A DNA stretch of 64,000 bases from the human T2T-CHM13v2.0 reference genome, Homo sapiens. The notes beneath the pieces are model-generated. The model had not been told where the DNA came from and did no database searches. It saw nothing but the letters and a program-made list of their open reading frames with translations. Positions 44,600 to 58,911 of this stretch are shown in pieces; position 1 is the stretch's first letter; every line of letters begins with the position of its first letter. A program made the position numbers and the translations under genes. The stretch lies in the NCBI RefSeq assembly GCF_009914755.1, contig NC_060937.1; one strand, 5' to 3'.

Positions 44600-46420
44600 C
44601 TGGAGCTTTAAAAAGTATTCTTAGGTTTCCTAAATCCAAGGCCCAAACTGAACTGACTTTGGAACTGCCACCCACTGAAGGCATGAAAGAACTTGTCTGA
44701 ACCTAAAAGGTTCACCTGACTTCCAAAACAAAAATAAACAAACATCCTAAAGAGGAAGTTAACATGATCCAGTGTACTACAAGGTAATATTATAAATGTC
44801 CAGGATACAATCCAAAACTACTCAATATACAAAGGAAAATCTCACCGTTTCTCAAGGACAGACAGTTAACAGATGCCAATCCCAAGATGACTAAAATGTT
44901 GAAACTATCAAAGACTTAAAAGCACCTTTATTATCATCTTCCATGAAGTAAAGGTAAATACTTTTTAAATGAATAGACTGATAGATCTCAGCTAGGAAAT
45001 AAAAAGTATATAAAAAAACAAAAAATGAAAAATCCATCACCTGAAATGAAATATTCACTGGATAACCTCAATAGTAGAATGAAGATGACAGAGGAAAGAG
45101 TAAATGATTTTGAAGATAGATGAACAAAATTTTATAATTGAAGAAAAGAGAGAAATCAGATTGAGGGAAAAATTAACAGAGCTTCAGGCACCTCTGGGAT
45201 AATATCACACAAAACGTCTAAGTTTGAACACTGAATCATCAGAAGAAGAGGAGAAAGAAATTGGTACAGAAACATTATTTACAGAAAAAATGGTTGAAAA
45301 TGTATCAAATTAGGTGGAAGATGTCAAGTTAGAGACTCAAGAAGCTCAGAGATGACAAACAGTATAAATACAATTATCCAATTAAGGCTAAATCTAGACA
45401 CATCATAATTAATCTTCTGAAAACCAAGGTAAAGAAAAAATCTTGAAAGAAAATACAGGAAAACACAATATGTTACATATAATAGGCAACAATTCAAAAG
45501 ATAACTTTTTTATCATAGTTAAATGGAGGCCAGAAAAATAATTGGCAACCCAGAATTCAGCATTCAGCAAAAATATTCTCTAGAAATGAAGGCAAAATTA
45601 AAACATTCTCAATGAAGTATTAAGAGAAGTCTTCACTAATCAAAATGTTATCAAAGAAATTCCAGACGACCTCTTTCAGATAGAAGGGGAACAAAAACAT
45701 AGAACTTGGGACTTTAAGAATGCAGAAGCGTTCTTTGTTTTGTTTTGTTTTTCCCACAACAGTGCAAAGGCAATGTAGTGGAGAAATGATAATCTTTTCA
45801 GCAAATAGTGCAGGAACAATTGAACATCCATGTGCAAAAATCGGAACTTGACCTGCACTGCGGACCATATACAAAACTTAACTCCAAATTGACCATAGAC
45901 TTAAATACAAAATGTAACACCATAAAACTTCTAGGAGAAAACATAGGAGAAAAATCTTGGTGACCTTGCTTGTTTTGGGCAAAGAGTTATTAAATACAGT
46001 ACCAAAAGTCTGATCCATAAAAGAAAAAATAATTAAAAACATTTTTTCTGTGAAAGACTGTTGAGAGAATGCCACATTCCTTCAGACTGGGAAAACCATA
46101 GACTGGGAAAAAATACTTTTAAAACTTAACAATGAGAAACAAATATTGTAATTAAGAAAAGCAACCTAAATATTTTAACAGATGCTTCGTTACTGTAGGC
46201 AAACAGATCAGTGGTTTTCAAGGGTTAACACCTGAGGGAGGATTTAACTAGAAAGTAGCCACATGAGAGAGCTTTTCAGGATGATGGAGCTGTCCTATAT
46301 TTTTACTGGGGTAGTGGTTTTATGACTGTATGCATTTGTCAAGATTTATACAATTGTAAGTCAGAATGTGAATTTTACTATATGTAAATTTTAAAATGTT
46401 TTAAAACTTTAAAAAAATAC
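44600..46420 (+). mobile_element. Old L1M fragments (ORF1 region, then ORF2/3' pieces)
   Basis: ORF1-like text (CTCAAGAAGCTCAG, CTAGACACATCATAATTAA) and ORF2-like text (AAAACTTCTAGGAGAAAACATAGGAGAAAA). Confidence 0.7.
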
Positions 46421-49400
46421 ATGGCCTGGGAAAGGTTTTATAGGTGATTATTCAGTTGTCAACACTAGTATTTGTCACAGTCTGCATTATATATTTATTG
46501 TAAAGATTTCCATCAAATATTATTTAATTGTTGTTATAAAGATAAATAAGTTACAGCTCAGATTATCTGTTATTTCTGTGCAAACACTATTATGTTGGTC
46601 ATAGAGTCTCAAGACCATAAATTGGATTAGCTTTCTCTATAGCTATACCTATAAATAGGTTAATTTTTACTAGATGTATTTATATATGTGTGTGTATGTG
46701 TATATGTGTGTTTTATATAATCCTAAATTAAATTTACCATTCTCTAATAAAGATTATGAATTATTAAGATGAGAAAATAAACTTTTCCCAGCAATTTTTA
46801 TATAATATAAAATGTCCAGGTTTTACCTAGAAATGTGCTCTACACTCAATGAATTATAGTTGTTACAAGTATATTGACAGTTATTGAGTTAGACTAAACA
46901 GTCTACCAATTGTGATCTCAGTAACACCGTGAGATCTAAGATGACTCACCCATGCCCACCAAACAAACATGCTTAGGAAATAAATATATTTACATCATAG
47001 ATTATATTTTTAATGGCTATAAAGCCTCACAGAAGGCTATGTTATAGTTTTATGAGAGCTATGTAAATGTACATAACAGGTTCAAATGAGAACATGTGTT
47101 CTTTGATTTCAGTTTGATATTCTACACTTCCAAAACAAGAGTTCTTAAACTCACTGTTTCAATAATTTAAAGTCAAAATAATAATTTAAATAAATTAGAA
47201 TGAGGATTATAAGCACAAAATAATAACTTAAAGTGACATAAGGTAAGCACTAAAACAAAGTAAGCAATGACTAGGTGGAACTGTAAAGTAAAAATTATAT
47301 GCTTTTTCAGCAAATTCTGGGTTTAGAATATTCTCATGCAGTCTATTCACTTTCACTTCCTGGTCCCACTCCTGTTTCCCTTATCTTCAGACCTTCACCG
47401 TTGCCATTTATGGTGGATGTGCACTGCAACCACCATACTAAGGCGTTTATTTAAATCCAGTTTAATTTGCTCCTAGCCCCTCCATGGGGCTGGTTGGTAG
47501 AAAATGTAATACCAGTTATTTATAGAGCCCCAAACACATACACACTCCAGGATTAGGTAGAAATTTTAATAATTTTACTGGTGTAAAGCCCTGGGATTCT
47601 TATTTCACTCTGGAATCTAGGAGCGTGTTTGATTTCTTCTTAAAGGTAGGTCTGTTTCTGGCCAAAATGCTACATTAGTTTCTATACTAAGGCAAGGAGC
47701 TGTGGTACCTAGGGCATGGCTATATGGATTCCTGCCATTTCATTAAAAGTAAATGTACCCTATCACTTTTATGACCCCTTTCTTATATTACCTTCCTAGC
47801 CTTGGAATTAACTACTTGAACCCTGATTACTTCAATTTCCTCACCCCAAAGAGCCTTCCTGTCCATCCTCTTCTTCTAGGTTAGTTCATCTGCTAACAGT
47901 TCTTATATCTTTTGAGAAGATAAGGGAATTCTCAGGTCTCCTGAATTCAAGATCCTGCTTGTTCTGAAAGGGTTGGCATAGGATGAAGTGGAAATTTTGC
48001 TTATTTCTCTGATCCATTTGGATTCCCTGGCTTCCCTTTCTAGAACCATCCTAAAACATCTATCCGATTCGAAGGTACTATATAACCATGGAACAATTTT
48101 TTCTTCTCCCTTGGATGTTTGAACCTCTGACAGTTAACTCATCATGTTCTAGCTAAATGATTAATTCTAACTGTTCTAATGAACAGAAAACATAAATCTC
48201 ACTTTAGGTGGAATCATTGTGACTTACTGATTGAATAAATAGGAAAGAATCAGGAATGTTGCTGTCATCCTTCATTGGGTGAATGGTGGTGCCACTCTTG
48301 GAACTGACAAATGCAGAAGGAACTGGTATACAAAGGAATATGATTATGTTGAGTTTGCCTTGCCTGTGGCATGTTCTAGTGGAAATGTCTACCAGGAAGT
48401 TGAAAATAGAAATAGCTCCATGTGACATGAGGTCACTACTTGTGCATGTGATAACCTTCTCAAACATATCCAAAACATATTTCTCTTATGGCCAACAAAT
48501 TTCATCTCTCCCATTTTCCCAGTGAAGGGCATCTAGGAAACATCCTTGATTTACTTCTTTCCTTCAGCCCTTTCTCTGCCTATACAACCCATATACACAA
48601 ATAGTCTATCAGCAAGTCCAACAACACATGTAGAGTATATGCTTTCTTCTTCCAAGCACTGAAAATAGTTTGAAGATGGGTTCTTCCAGGGCTGTGTCTT
48701 GCTGGGTGGGTTCACCAAGGCAAAAGAACAAGGTAAATATTGAGACACAAGTAAGGAAGTGGTTAAAATAATAGAGTGTACTTAATCTGAGATAGTTAAA
48801 GAAGGTAAGTAAAGAAAGAAGGGGATTGATGAGCAGAAAATTAAGAAGTTAAGGAAACAAGCATCAGTGTTTTAAAAGGATGGGACATTGTAGGATGTTT
48901 GAATTTAAGATTCAGAAATACAGCAATTAATACAAGATTGACAACTCCAAAATGTTGTCATGAAAGTGATTAAGGGGGATTGAAGATCATGGTAATCAGG
49001 AGATTATGAAACTAAAAGGATGGAATCTTTTGTTGATTTACCCAAGATAAATCCAGGAAAGGAAGATTGTCAGCATCTTCTAAAAGTCTTCAGTAGATAA
49101 GTGAAATGGCCTGTGAGGCTGACAGATAATCCCAAATGAGGAGAGGTATAAGATGGTATTGCCTGATTTAACAGGAGCCTTAAAAGAATCCCATCTCAAA
49201 GTTCATCTTCCTTAAAACAAAATATAATGCAGGTGCAAAGGGAGAGGAGTTGAAAATACATTACGGAATAACAGAGCTTTAAAAGCCAGTCAAAATTCTT
49301 TGACCCTGATAGAACTCTAATACAGGTCACATTGGTAAGAGTAACTATTTAAAAGCACTTAGTGATGTAGATCAATAATGATTGGATGGGTCAGCACCAA

Positions 49401-52400
49401 AAATGTCTGTTATTTGACATGAAGGAAATTAGGCAGAAACCTCTATGAGCCAGTTCATTGCCGTCATCATTTCTGATGCATTTTTTCTAAAATATGTAGA
49501 TTTTTACAAATTAAGATAATTAGTAAGTCAGAAGTACGATACTTTGTAAAATGCCTAATACATAGATTAGAATTACATGAAACAACAAATAATGATAATG
49601 AAGAAAATCAGCATGTAAATGTAAAATAACTCTCACAAATATTAAACTACTTTTTCAGCAACAGAAAAGTCATTAGTTTTAAAATAAAAATTAGTTTTTG
49701 GATTCCCTACATTAATGAAACTGCTCCTTGGCTTACAAATGGCATGACATTTAAAATTTTTGACCCATTCGCAACAAACATCTGTAGTTAAAGTGAGGCT
49801 ATCACAGTCTCTTAGTCTATAACTTAGCTGCTTATTAAAATATACATCTACCAAACCAAAAAATGTTTTTCAAAAAGTAACATCTGGAATCTTGTCAGAT
49901 TCTAAGGCATTTTTGTTGAAATCATTGAAGATGGAACATTATTAGGCTAGTGAGATAAATTTCTTGACACTTGCTGCGATTTTTGTTTTAGAAGCTTGCT
50001 TTTTGGTTTAGATATTTTTATTTATATATCATCACATTTTCTAAAACAAAATGTTCTACTCAAAAAATGTTTGGAAAATTATGTAAATATATGTTAAAAA
50101 GGTTTAGAAATTTGAATTCTGACCGCCTTTTTCTCTGTAAATATCCTTTTTTTATAACAACATATATTTTTGTTTTTCATAAGTGAAGAGTAAATTGGTT
50201 TACAGTGATATTGTTCTATATTATATGCACACTCAAATTGTATGCATTAGATTGTGGAGCATTTTCTGATATTTGTGCTCACAAGTAGGTTAGTGTCATT
50301 TGTCAGTAATAAGGCTTGCCTGTGTAGTTGGAAAGTGCCATTGCCCTAGAGTGCTGTATTTTGAAGTCATCTGTCATGGATACATTGTAGAGAGAGAAGA
50401 CTATTTATGTTTATGGCATTTTAAGTAACTGAGTTAAAAACCCTTTGGAATATAGAGAAGTGGCTTGTTTACTGTCATCACTGTTCACTTAATCCTACGA
50501 CCTTGACATGATAGCATTCCCATAAATCTCCCTGTGGGTAGATCAATAAAACAGATGAACATCAAAATGTAATGATTGTTTCAGCTTTAGGAATTAACTA
50601 TGTAATGGAATAAATATAAGCCAGTAAGCAGTATTACAGAAACATTCTATTATACCAACCCCTTTTTCTAACAGATAACACTTACTAGAACATAAGGAGT
50701 TATTATATATTATATTTTCTGATAATGTTTGCAGTATCTAACAGATTATTATATATTAAAAAAAGAAAATAGATACAAGTAATATGCATATTATGACTGG
50801 ATTTTTAAATAGCAGTTTAAAATTTTTGGTATACCTATGATTATAAAAATAATGAAGTTAGGGTTTTTTTTGCAATGATGTTTTAATATAGCTTTATTTT
50901 ACATTGTGTTTTTATTGTATTATATCTCCATTGTTAATTTTCTCTAGTTCATTCATTTTAATTTTATAATTATAATTCCTCAAACATAAATTTTTAACTA
51001 CAGTACGTTCCTCTTTCCCCCAATGTAAGCAGCTACTCAGGTATTCAGGAAAAAAAAAACTGAGGAAATTGGAAAACTGAAAAAATAATTAACACATCAC
51101 ACTAGGAAAAATTAATGGATGAAACTTAAGGGAATTAACACTCAGTCCTCACTATACTATATTCCAGAGTCCATGTCCACACACAATAGGAAAATAAAAC
51201 TTAGATTCAACAGCCTCTGAAAAAGTAAATACTATGAGTACTCCCATTGCTTACATAATAGATCTGTAAGATAAAATTATTTTAAAGCAAGTTACATTTG
51301 CCTCTTACCAATTTTCATATGTAACAAAAAAATGGCAATTTAGTTTGGTGTAGTAAGAATCTCTATTCTTTTTGAACGATATTTTGTACTTTGCATGATA
51401 ATGATACATTCTAAATACTAAAAGTATGCTATATAATGTGAAATCTGTGAAAAATCATAGAATTTATGCTTTATATAAAGATTATTATAGAATTATTATT
51501 ATAGAATTATGTCTAACATAACTGTAAAGACCGTTATAAGCATTTTTAGTAGCTACTTAGGTAGAAACCTAACAAAATGAGGGTTTTGAAGCCTGTCAGT
51601 AAAGAAAAACAATATTACTATGATGTATAAGTCCGCAGAAAAAAAGATGGTAGAAGTATCTTTACTAATTTAATCGTAGACCATTAACATCTTCCATGAA
51701 GATAAGGTGGATATGTGTCAGTAAATAAATGGTCAACTATTTTACTTTATGTTTAGACAATTGAGCCCCAGGAATATTTTCTTCTATTTTAACAGGCTTT
51801 CAAGTTGATATAAGTCCTAAAAATTTGATTCGTAATTTTTCTAGAAGTTACAAATTGTAATATCTCCTTGTGCATACTGTTAGAAGCTGTTGTTGTTGTT
51901 TTTTTTTTTTCCAACTGGTGTTCTTTTCTATTACCATTATTCAGTAAGTAGTTACCAAATTGTAGTCAAACACTCTATTGATAAAGATACCATTCAGAGC
52001 TAGGGAATAGAGTATTACACAAATAGAATTTTTATGCCTGTTTTGAGTCTTAACATAAGTCTAAAAAATTAAATACATCTGGCTTTTGGATGAAGAAAGA
52101 CTTTTGAAGTCTAGGCAGTAAAATATGCCAAATATAAACTATCACACTGGCATTTTTACAGGTTGTAAACTAGACTTATCCAGCTGAATAAGCTAAGTGT
52201 TCTTATGACACTTTAATACACATTACTAAGCAGTAAGTTAACATGCATACGAAGTGGACAACTAACAAAATACCTTGTTAACTGATTTAGGATCAGTAAT
52301 TAAGTCCGCAATAACTGATGGATTGTTAAAATTTTCACCTTTCATTAAATTTGATGTGTTATGGGCAGAGTTATGTGAATATCGGTTCCAAGTATTAATG

Positions 52401-53356
52401 CTTCCAGGGGCACTTAAGCGAAGAGGATTTTGTAATTATTTTCTTGAAAAGAATCCTATCTGTTGATACCTACTTTAGTTTAAAGTAAAATATATAAATC
52501 AATTACTACTATGTAATTCGTTATCTTATATAGGTCCTTTCAATCTATATTAATAATAAAGCTTTCTTCCCAGGTAAATTCCAGCTATTTCTAATTTACT
52601 ATCACTCACATTATTTTACATTAAACTTCAACTGTGGTCAACCCAAATTTGATCAATAAAATAGTAATCATCTTATAAAGAAACCTAAATATACTCCTGT
52701 CTCAGCCTTTTTGTGACTGGTCTGTGCTATTCTGATTTTGGTGTATAATACAGGACATAAAGGAATAAAATACCTGTCAGATTTGTCACTTTTCATTGTT
52801 TGAATTTCTTCTCTATCTCTATTCTGTCCCACTTGAGATCATGCCAATAAAATATTTTTTATTTTGAAATTGCAATCTCATCCATCTTCACACAATCAAA
52901 AATTATTTGTTTTTATTTCATTTATTATAAATATCTTTACTATTATTGATACTACTATTGTTCGTTTGTTACTTCTTGAAACAATCTATACTCCAGATAT
53001 TTTAAGTGGCTGTCTGAACGATTTTTAACATTTAACAAGACTATTATTTTTAATACACAGTACCTGCCACTTAGGCTTGAAGATTAAAAACATGCAAATG
53101 TAAGTAGGTGTTAGTTATTATTATGTCATTCCTTGTTACGTATTTACCAAATGAGGCAATTTGTTAATGATATAAAAATATTAAAATATCTAAATTATAC
53201 CTAAAATCTAATATATATTAACTCAGTTCAGTATATTTTTTTCTTTCAGATGCTAAGGTTAGAAAGTGTGGCTAACAAGAATCCTCTATTCTAGCCTCTG
53301 ACCAATTAACAAATACAACCAAACCATCTAAGGCACACATCAGTGCTCCGAAGTGT

Positions 53357-56300
53357 TTGCCTGCATTTTCTTGTAGTCATTTTATAGCTTTGGGTTTTAA
53401 CATTTAGGCCTTTAATACATCTTTAGTTCCTTTTTTTATATAGTGAGAGATAGGAGTCCGGTTTCATGCTGCAGATGGATATTCTGTTGTGCCAGCACCA
53501 TTTTTTTTTTTTTTTTTTTGAAGAGAGTGTGTGTTTGTGACACTGTTTTTGAAAATCAGTTGGCTGTAAGTACATGGATTTGTTTCTGGGTTTCCTATTC
53601 TGTTCCATTGGTCTATGCATCTGTTTTTATACCAATACCATGCTCTTTTGAAGTTAGGTAGTGTGATGCCTGCAGCTTTGTCCTTTTTCTGTAGGATTTG
53701 CTTAATCTATTCAAGCTCTTTTAGGGTTCCATATGAATTTTAGGACTTTTTGTCTATTGCTGTGAAAAATGACATTGGTGTTTTGATAGGGATTGCTTTG
53801 AATCTGTAGATTGCTTTGAATAATATGATGATATTAACAATGTTAATTTTTTCAATCAGTGAGCATTGGATGTCTTTCCCTCTGGTTATATTTTATTCAG
53901 TTTTGTTCATCAATGTTTTGTAGTTTTCCTTATAGAGGTTGTTCACCTCTTTGGTTACATTGTGAATAGGATTACCTTCTTGAGTTTTTACTCAGCTAGT
54001 TCATCATTCCTGTATATAAACACTACTGATTTTTTATGTTGATTTTATAGCCTGCAACTTTACTGAATTTATCAGATCGAAGAGGTTTTTGGTGGAGTCT
54101 TTAGGTTTTTCTAGATATAAGATTATGTCATCTGTAAAGAAGGATGGTTTGATTTCTTCTTTTCGAATTTGGATGCCCATTACTTTTTCTCTTGCCTGAT
54201 TGCTCTGTTCAGGACTTCCAGTACTGTGTTGAGTAGAAGTGATGAAAATAGTCATCCTTGTCTTGTTGAGACTTATTTTGTGTCATAACATATAGTCAGT
54301 CTTGGAGAATGTTCCATGTACTGATCAAGAAGAATGCATATTCCATAGCTATTGGATGAAATATTCTATAAATGTCTGTTAGACCCATTTGGTCTAAAAT
54401 ACAGTTTAAATTCAATTTTTTGTTGTTGTTGTTAATTTTCTGTCTAGATGATCTAACACTGATGTAGGGTGTTGAAATTCCTAACTGTTACTCAACTGGA
54501 GTCTATCGCTCCCTTTAGATAGAATAATTTAATAATAGTTGCTTTATATATCTAGGTGCTCCTGTGCTGAGTGCATATATGTTTAGAATTGTTATTTTCT
54601 CTTGCTGAGTTGGTCCCTTTATCATAATGACCTTCTTTGTCTTTTGTTTTTATTGCTTTTGACTTAAAGTCTGTTTTATCTGATATAAGTATGGCTACTC
54701 CTGCTTATTTTTGGTTTTCCTTTACATGGAATATTGTTTCCCATTCCTTTATTTTTAGTCTGTATGTGTCTTTGCAGATGAGATGAGATTCCTGTAAGCA
54801 GCATATAGTTGAGTCATGTTTTTAAACCATTCAGCCAATATATATATTTTAAGTGGAATGTGTAATCTGTTTACATTCAAGGTTGTTATTGATACATGAG
54901 GACTTATTTCTGTCATTATATTAATGTACTTTTGGTTGTTTTGTATATCCTTTGTTCCTTTCTCTCTTTTATTGTTTATCATTGTGGTTTGGTGGTATTC
55001 TATAGTGGTAACATTTGAGTTCTTTCTCTTTCTTATTTGTGTGTTTAGTCTACCAGTGGATTTTATACTTTCAGGTATTTTCATGATTGGAGATAGCATT
55101 CTTTTGCTTCCAAGTATAGGACTCCCTTAAGTATTTCTTGTGAAGCTGGTCTAGAGGTGATGAATTTCCTCAGCTTTTGCTTGTCTGGGAAAGACTTTAT
55201 TTCTCCTCCATTTATAAAGAATAACTTTGCTGGGTAAAGTGTCCTCAGTTGGCAGTTTTTTTTTCTTTGAATATGACATCTCATTCTCCACTAGCCTATA
55301 ATGTTCATGCTGAGAAATCCCTTACTAGTCTGATTGGGGTTTCCATATAAGTAGTTAGATGTTTTTCTTTTGCTGTTTTTTGAATTCTTTCTTTGTCTTT
55401 AACTTTTGACAATTGGACTTTAATGTGCCTTGGAGAAGACCTTTTGAAATTGTATCTCTTTAGGGATCTCTGAGCTTCCTGTATCAGGATGTCTAAATCA
55501 CTTACTAGACTTGGGAAATATCCAGCTATTATTTTCTTAAATAGGTTTTCTGTCTCTTTTGTTTTCCTGTCATCTTCAGTGACACTAAAAATTCAAATAT
55601 TTAGTAGCTTTGTGATGTGTGTTGTGTTATGAGGACTTTGTTTATTATATTCTTTTTTCTTTATTATTTTCTTACTGGGTTATTTCAAAATATCTTTCTT
55701 CAGGTTCTGAAATTCTTTCTTCTGCTTGAGCTGGTCTATTGTTGAAGCTTTCTAATGTATTTTTTATTTCATTCCATGAATTCTTCAGTTTCAGGATTCC
55801 TGTTTGTTTGTTTGTTATGATACCTCTTTAGTAAATTTCTCATTCATATTCTGAATTGGTTTTGTGATTTATTTGTATTATCTGAATTCTCTCATATCTT
55901 ACTGAGTTTCTTGAATATCATTTTGAATTCTTTCTCTAGGATTTCATAAATTTCTTTTTCTTTGGAATTTCCTGCTAGACCATAATTTTGTTTCTTTGGA
56001 GATGTCGTATTTGCTTGCTTTCTTCATGGTTCCTATATCCTTATGTTGATATCTGCACATCTGGTATAATTGATGCTACTTCTAATTTTTTGAATTTGCT
56101 TTTGCAGTGGAGGATACTTTTATGAAGATATGTCTGTGGTGTTTGTTGGGTAGGGCACTTTGGCCTGATTCTGGGTGCATGCAGTAGTGTACTCTCTATA
56201 TAATTTCTTAAGCTTTAAACAGCATCAGTTGTATCCATGATTTCCTCAGCAGCTTAGGGTGTAGTTGTTTGTGGAGGCTGTAGTAAAGTTTTGTTGGAGA

Positions 56301-57676
56301 TAGAGATGCCAGGTGGGCCAGTCCTTTGGGCTCTGTGGTGGCAATGGTGGGCCAAGTCTGCCTGTCTTTGGACCCCTATCTGGCATAGGCTAGTACCAGT
56401 TGTAGCAAGTCCAGGCATACCAATTTTTGAGTTTCCAGGTGGCTTTCTTGGGTGCCAGCAGTGGCAGCAGAGGGCCAGGTGGGTAGATGGGCAGATTGGC
56501 TGGTCTTTGGTTCCCTGGGCAGTGGGCGTGGTATGAGTGATGGTAATAATAATGGCAGGACAACCCTCCGGCTCCCAAGTTGTCTATGCTAGCATTGGCG
56601 GTGGCTGTGACAGGCTGGGTAGGCCTGTCCCAGGCCTGCAGATGGTATATTGGAATGGGTGCTAGCTGTGGTGGTAGTGGCAAATTGGGTGGGCCCATCC
56701 TTAGGCCCCCATGGGAAGTACTCAGGTGGCAACAGTGGTGGACAGGGCAGAGTGATCTCCAGGCCTCCAGAGAGTGTCCTTGGGCACTGGGGAGGGCAGA
56801 TCCAGGCCAGCAGGACCTGTCCTCAAGTATCCTGGTGATACATGCATATGCTGGCTGAGGTAGACAGGGAGGGGTTTTTCCGCAGCCCCCCAGTGAATTG
56901 CTTGGATAGGGATAGCAACAACTGCACTGTGGCCTTTCTGCTGGGGAGGGAGTGGTTGCTTTCAATGTGCAGCACCCATAAGCAGGGAGCTGGGGAGTGT
57001 GCACTTCAGCCCAGGTAGCAGCTTCGTGTGGTGGTGTCTATCCTTAGCACACATAAAAATGTGCAGTGGCACCATTTCTGGGGGCAGTGGGGATGCTACC
57101 AGTGGCTTGTGCTTCAACTCTGTTGGCAGCAGCCAACAGCATGGCAGCTGTGGGTGAGGGATGTCAGTGGAAGCCCAAGGATGTAGAGATGCAGGGGCTG
57201 TTGGGCCACAGGGCAGGATGTAGTCTAATGGAGACTGGGCTCTCAAAATGGTGCCTTGATGTAGCTGCTTAGGCCTCAGGGGTATGTGGGATCAGTTTGA
57301 GCTCCTTTTCTCTGGCAGTGTAATCACATTGTTTCTAGGCAGCTTCTTGTTTTATTATCAGAGCCTCCAAGGGCCAAGGGACTCGCCTGAATCTAGGACT
57401 GCAGGAGTCCATGGTGGGAATGTGAGCCACTGGGGGTCTCTCACCCTTTTCCCATACTGGGAAGCCTTTCCAGGCTCCCAGCTGATCTCAGCTGAGTGGG
57501 CTGCCTCACATCCCTCTCCTTCCTTGCCTTAGGTGTTTCCTGTCACCTCTCTATTGAATTCCAGTGTTCTCTCTTAGATGATCTGTTGGAAGTGTGATTA
57601 TCTACCTGCTATTTTGGTTCTTCTTTGTGGAGGGGGCAAGTACCAGATGCCTCTAGTCAGCCATGTTAAAGCCCCA
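53357..57676 (-). mobile_element. L1M/L1MA-like element with 5'UTR, ORF1 and internally deleted ORF2; 3' end absent
   Basis: RT remnant (FTDDIILYLEKPKDST), jump to the EN region at ~54268, ORF1 remnant (LYPAKLFFINGGEIKSFPDKQKLRKF), and GC-richer 5' region 56300-57676. Confidence 0.85.
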
Positions 57677-57679
57677 CAT

Positions 57680-58298
57680 AACACATATTTTAATGTTATA
57701 TGTGTTATATACTGTATTCTTACAAGAAAGTAAGTTACAGAAAATGTAATGTTATTAAGGAAGTAATGGCCAGGCACGGTGGCTTACACCTGTAATCCCA
57801 GCACTTTGGGAGATCGAGGCAGGCAATTGCTTGAGTCCAGGAGTTTGAGACCAGCCTGGGTGACAGGACAAAACCCCATCTCTATAAAAAATACAAAAAT
57901 TAGCCGGGCATGGTGGTGCATGCCTGTAGTCCCAGCTATTCAGGAGGCTGAGGTGGGAGGATCACTTGAGCCCAGGAGGAAGAGGTTGCAGTGAGATGTG
58001 ATGGCGCCACTGCACTCCAGCCTGGGTGACAGAGGGAGACACTGTCTCAAAAATAATAATAATAATAATAATAACAAAAACCTAAGAAAGAGAAAATATA
58101 TTTATTACAAATTAAGTGGAAGTGGATCATCATAAAGGTCTTAATTTGTATCATCTTCATGTTGAGTAGGCTGAGGAGGAGGAAGAAGCAAAGGGGTTGG
58201 TCTTGCTGTCTCAGGGGTCTTTTTTGCAGAGGTGGAAGAAAACCCATGTATAAGTGAATATGAACAGTTCAAACCCATGTTATTCCAGAGTTAACTCT
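57680..58298 (+). mobile_element. Tigger2-family fragment, interrupted by an Alu
   Basis: TATACTGTATTCTTACAA...AAGTGGAAGTGGATCATCATAAAGGTCTT...CAGTTCAAACCCATGTT. Confidence 0.75.
57768..58080 (+). mobile_element. Alu, AluJ-like, with (AAT)n tail
   Basis: GGTGGGAGGATCACTTGAGCCCAGGAGG (J-type). Tail has become an AAT microsatellite. Confidence 0.93.
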
Positions 58299-58299
58299 A

Positions 58300-58911
58300 C
58301 TTGAATATCTTAGTTATTGTAGCCTCCTTCATCAGTGATCTGAGCTAGATCTTCTGAATAACTTGCTGCAGCTTCTACGTCAGCACTTGTTTGTTTTACC
58401 TTTATGGTATGGAAGCAGCCTTTGACATGCCTTCCTCACTAAACTTAATCATTTCTAGCTTTTGACTTTAAATGAAAGACACCACTTTTTTTCACTGGAA
58501 CAGTTAGATGCCATTAGTTGGGGTTATTAATTGGCCTGATTTCAGTATTTTTTGCCTCAGGTAATGGGGAGGCCCAAGAAGAAGGAGAAACAAGGCGAAC
58601 AGCTGGTTCTGGAGCAATCAGAACACACATTCATTGGTTGAGTTCACAGTTAGATATGGGCAACATTCATGGCACCCCAAAACAATTACAGTAGTAGCAT
58701 CAAAGATCACTAATCACAGATTACCATAACAGATATTTTAGAAAGTTTTAAATATTGGAAGAATTACGAAAATGTGACCCAGAGACATTAAATGAGCACG
58801 TGGCACCAAGAGAGTTGCTTGATACAGGGTTGTCACAGACTTTAAATTTGGAAAAATACAGTTATCTGTGAAGTATAATAAAGCTAAGTGCAGTAGAACA
58901 AGGTGTGTTGT
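58300..58911 (-). mobile_element. Tigger1 terminal fragment
   Basis: GCTAGATCTTCTGAATAACTTGCTGCAGCTTCTAC...GGCACCCCAAAACAATTACAGTAGTAGCATCAAAGATCAC...CAGGGTTGTCACAGAC. Confidence 0.8.

Noticed and set aside
56390-57004. 204-aa minus-strand ORF
   Set aside because: Lies in the GC-rich 5' region of an old L1; no known protein recognised.
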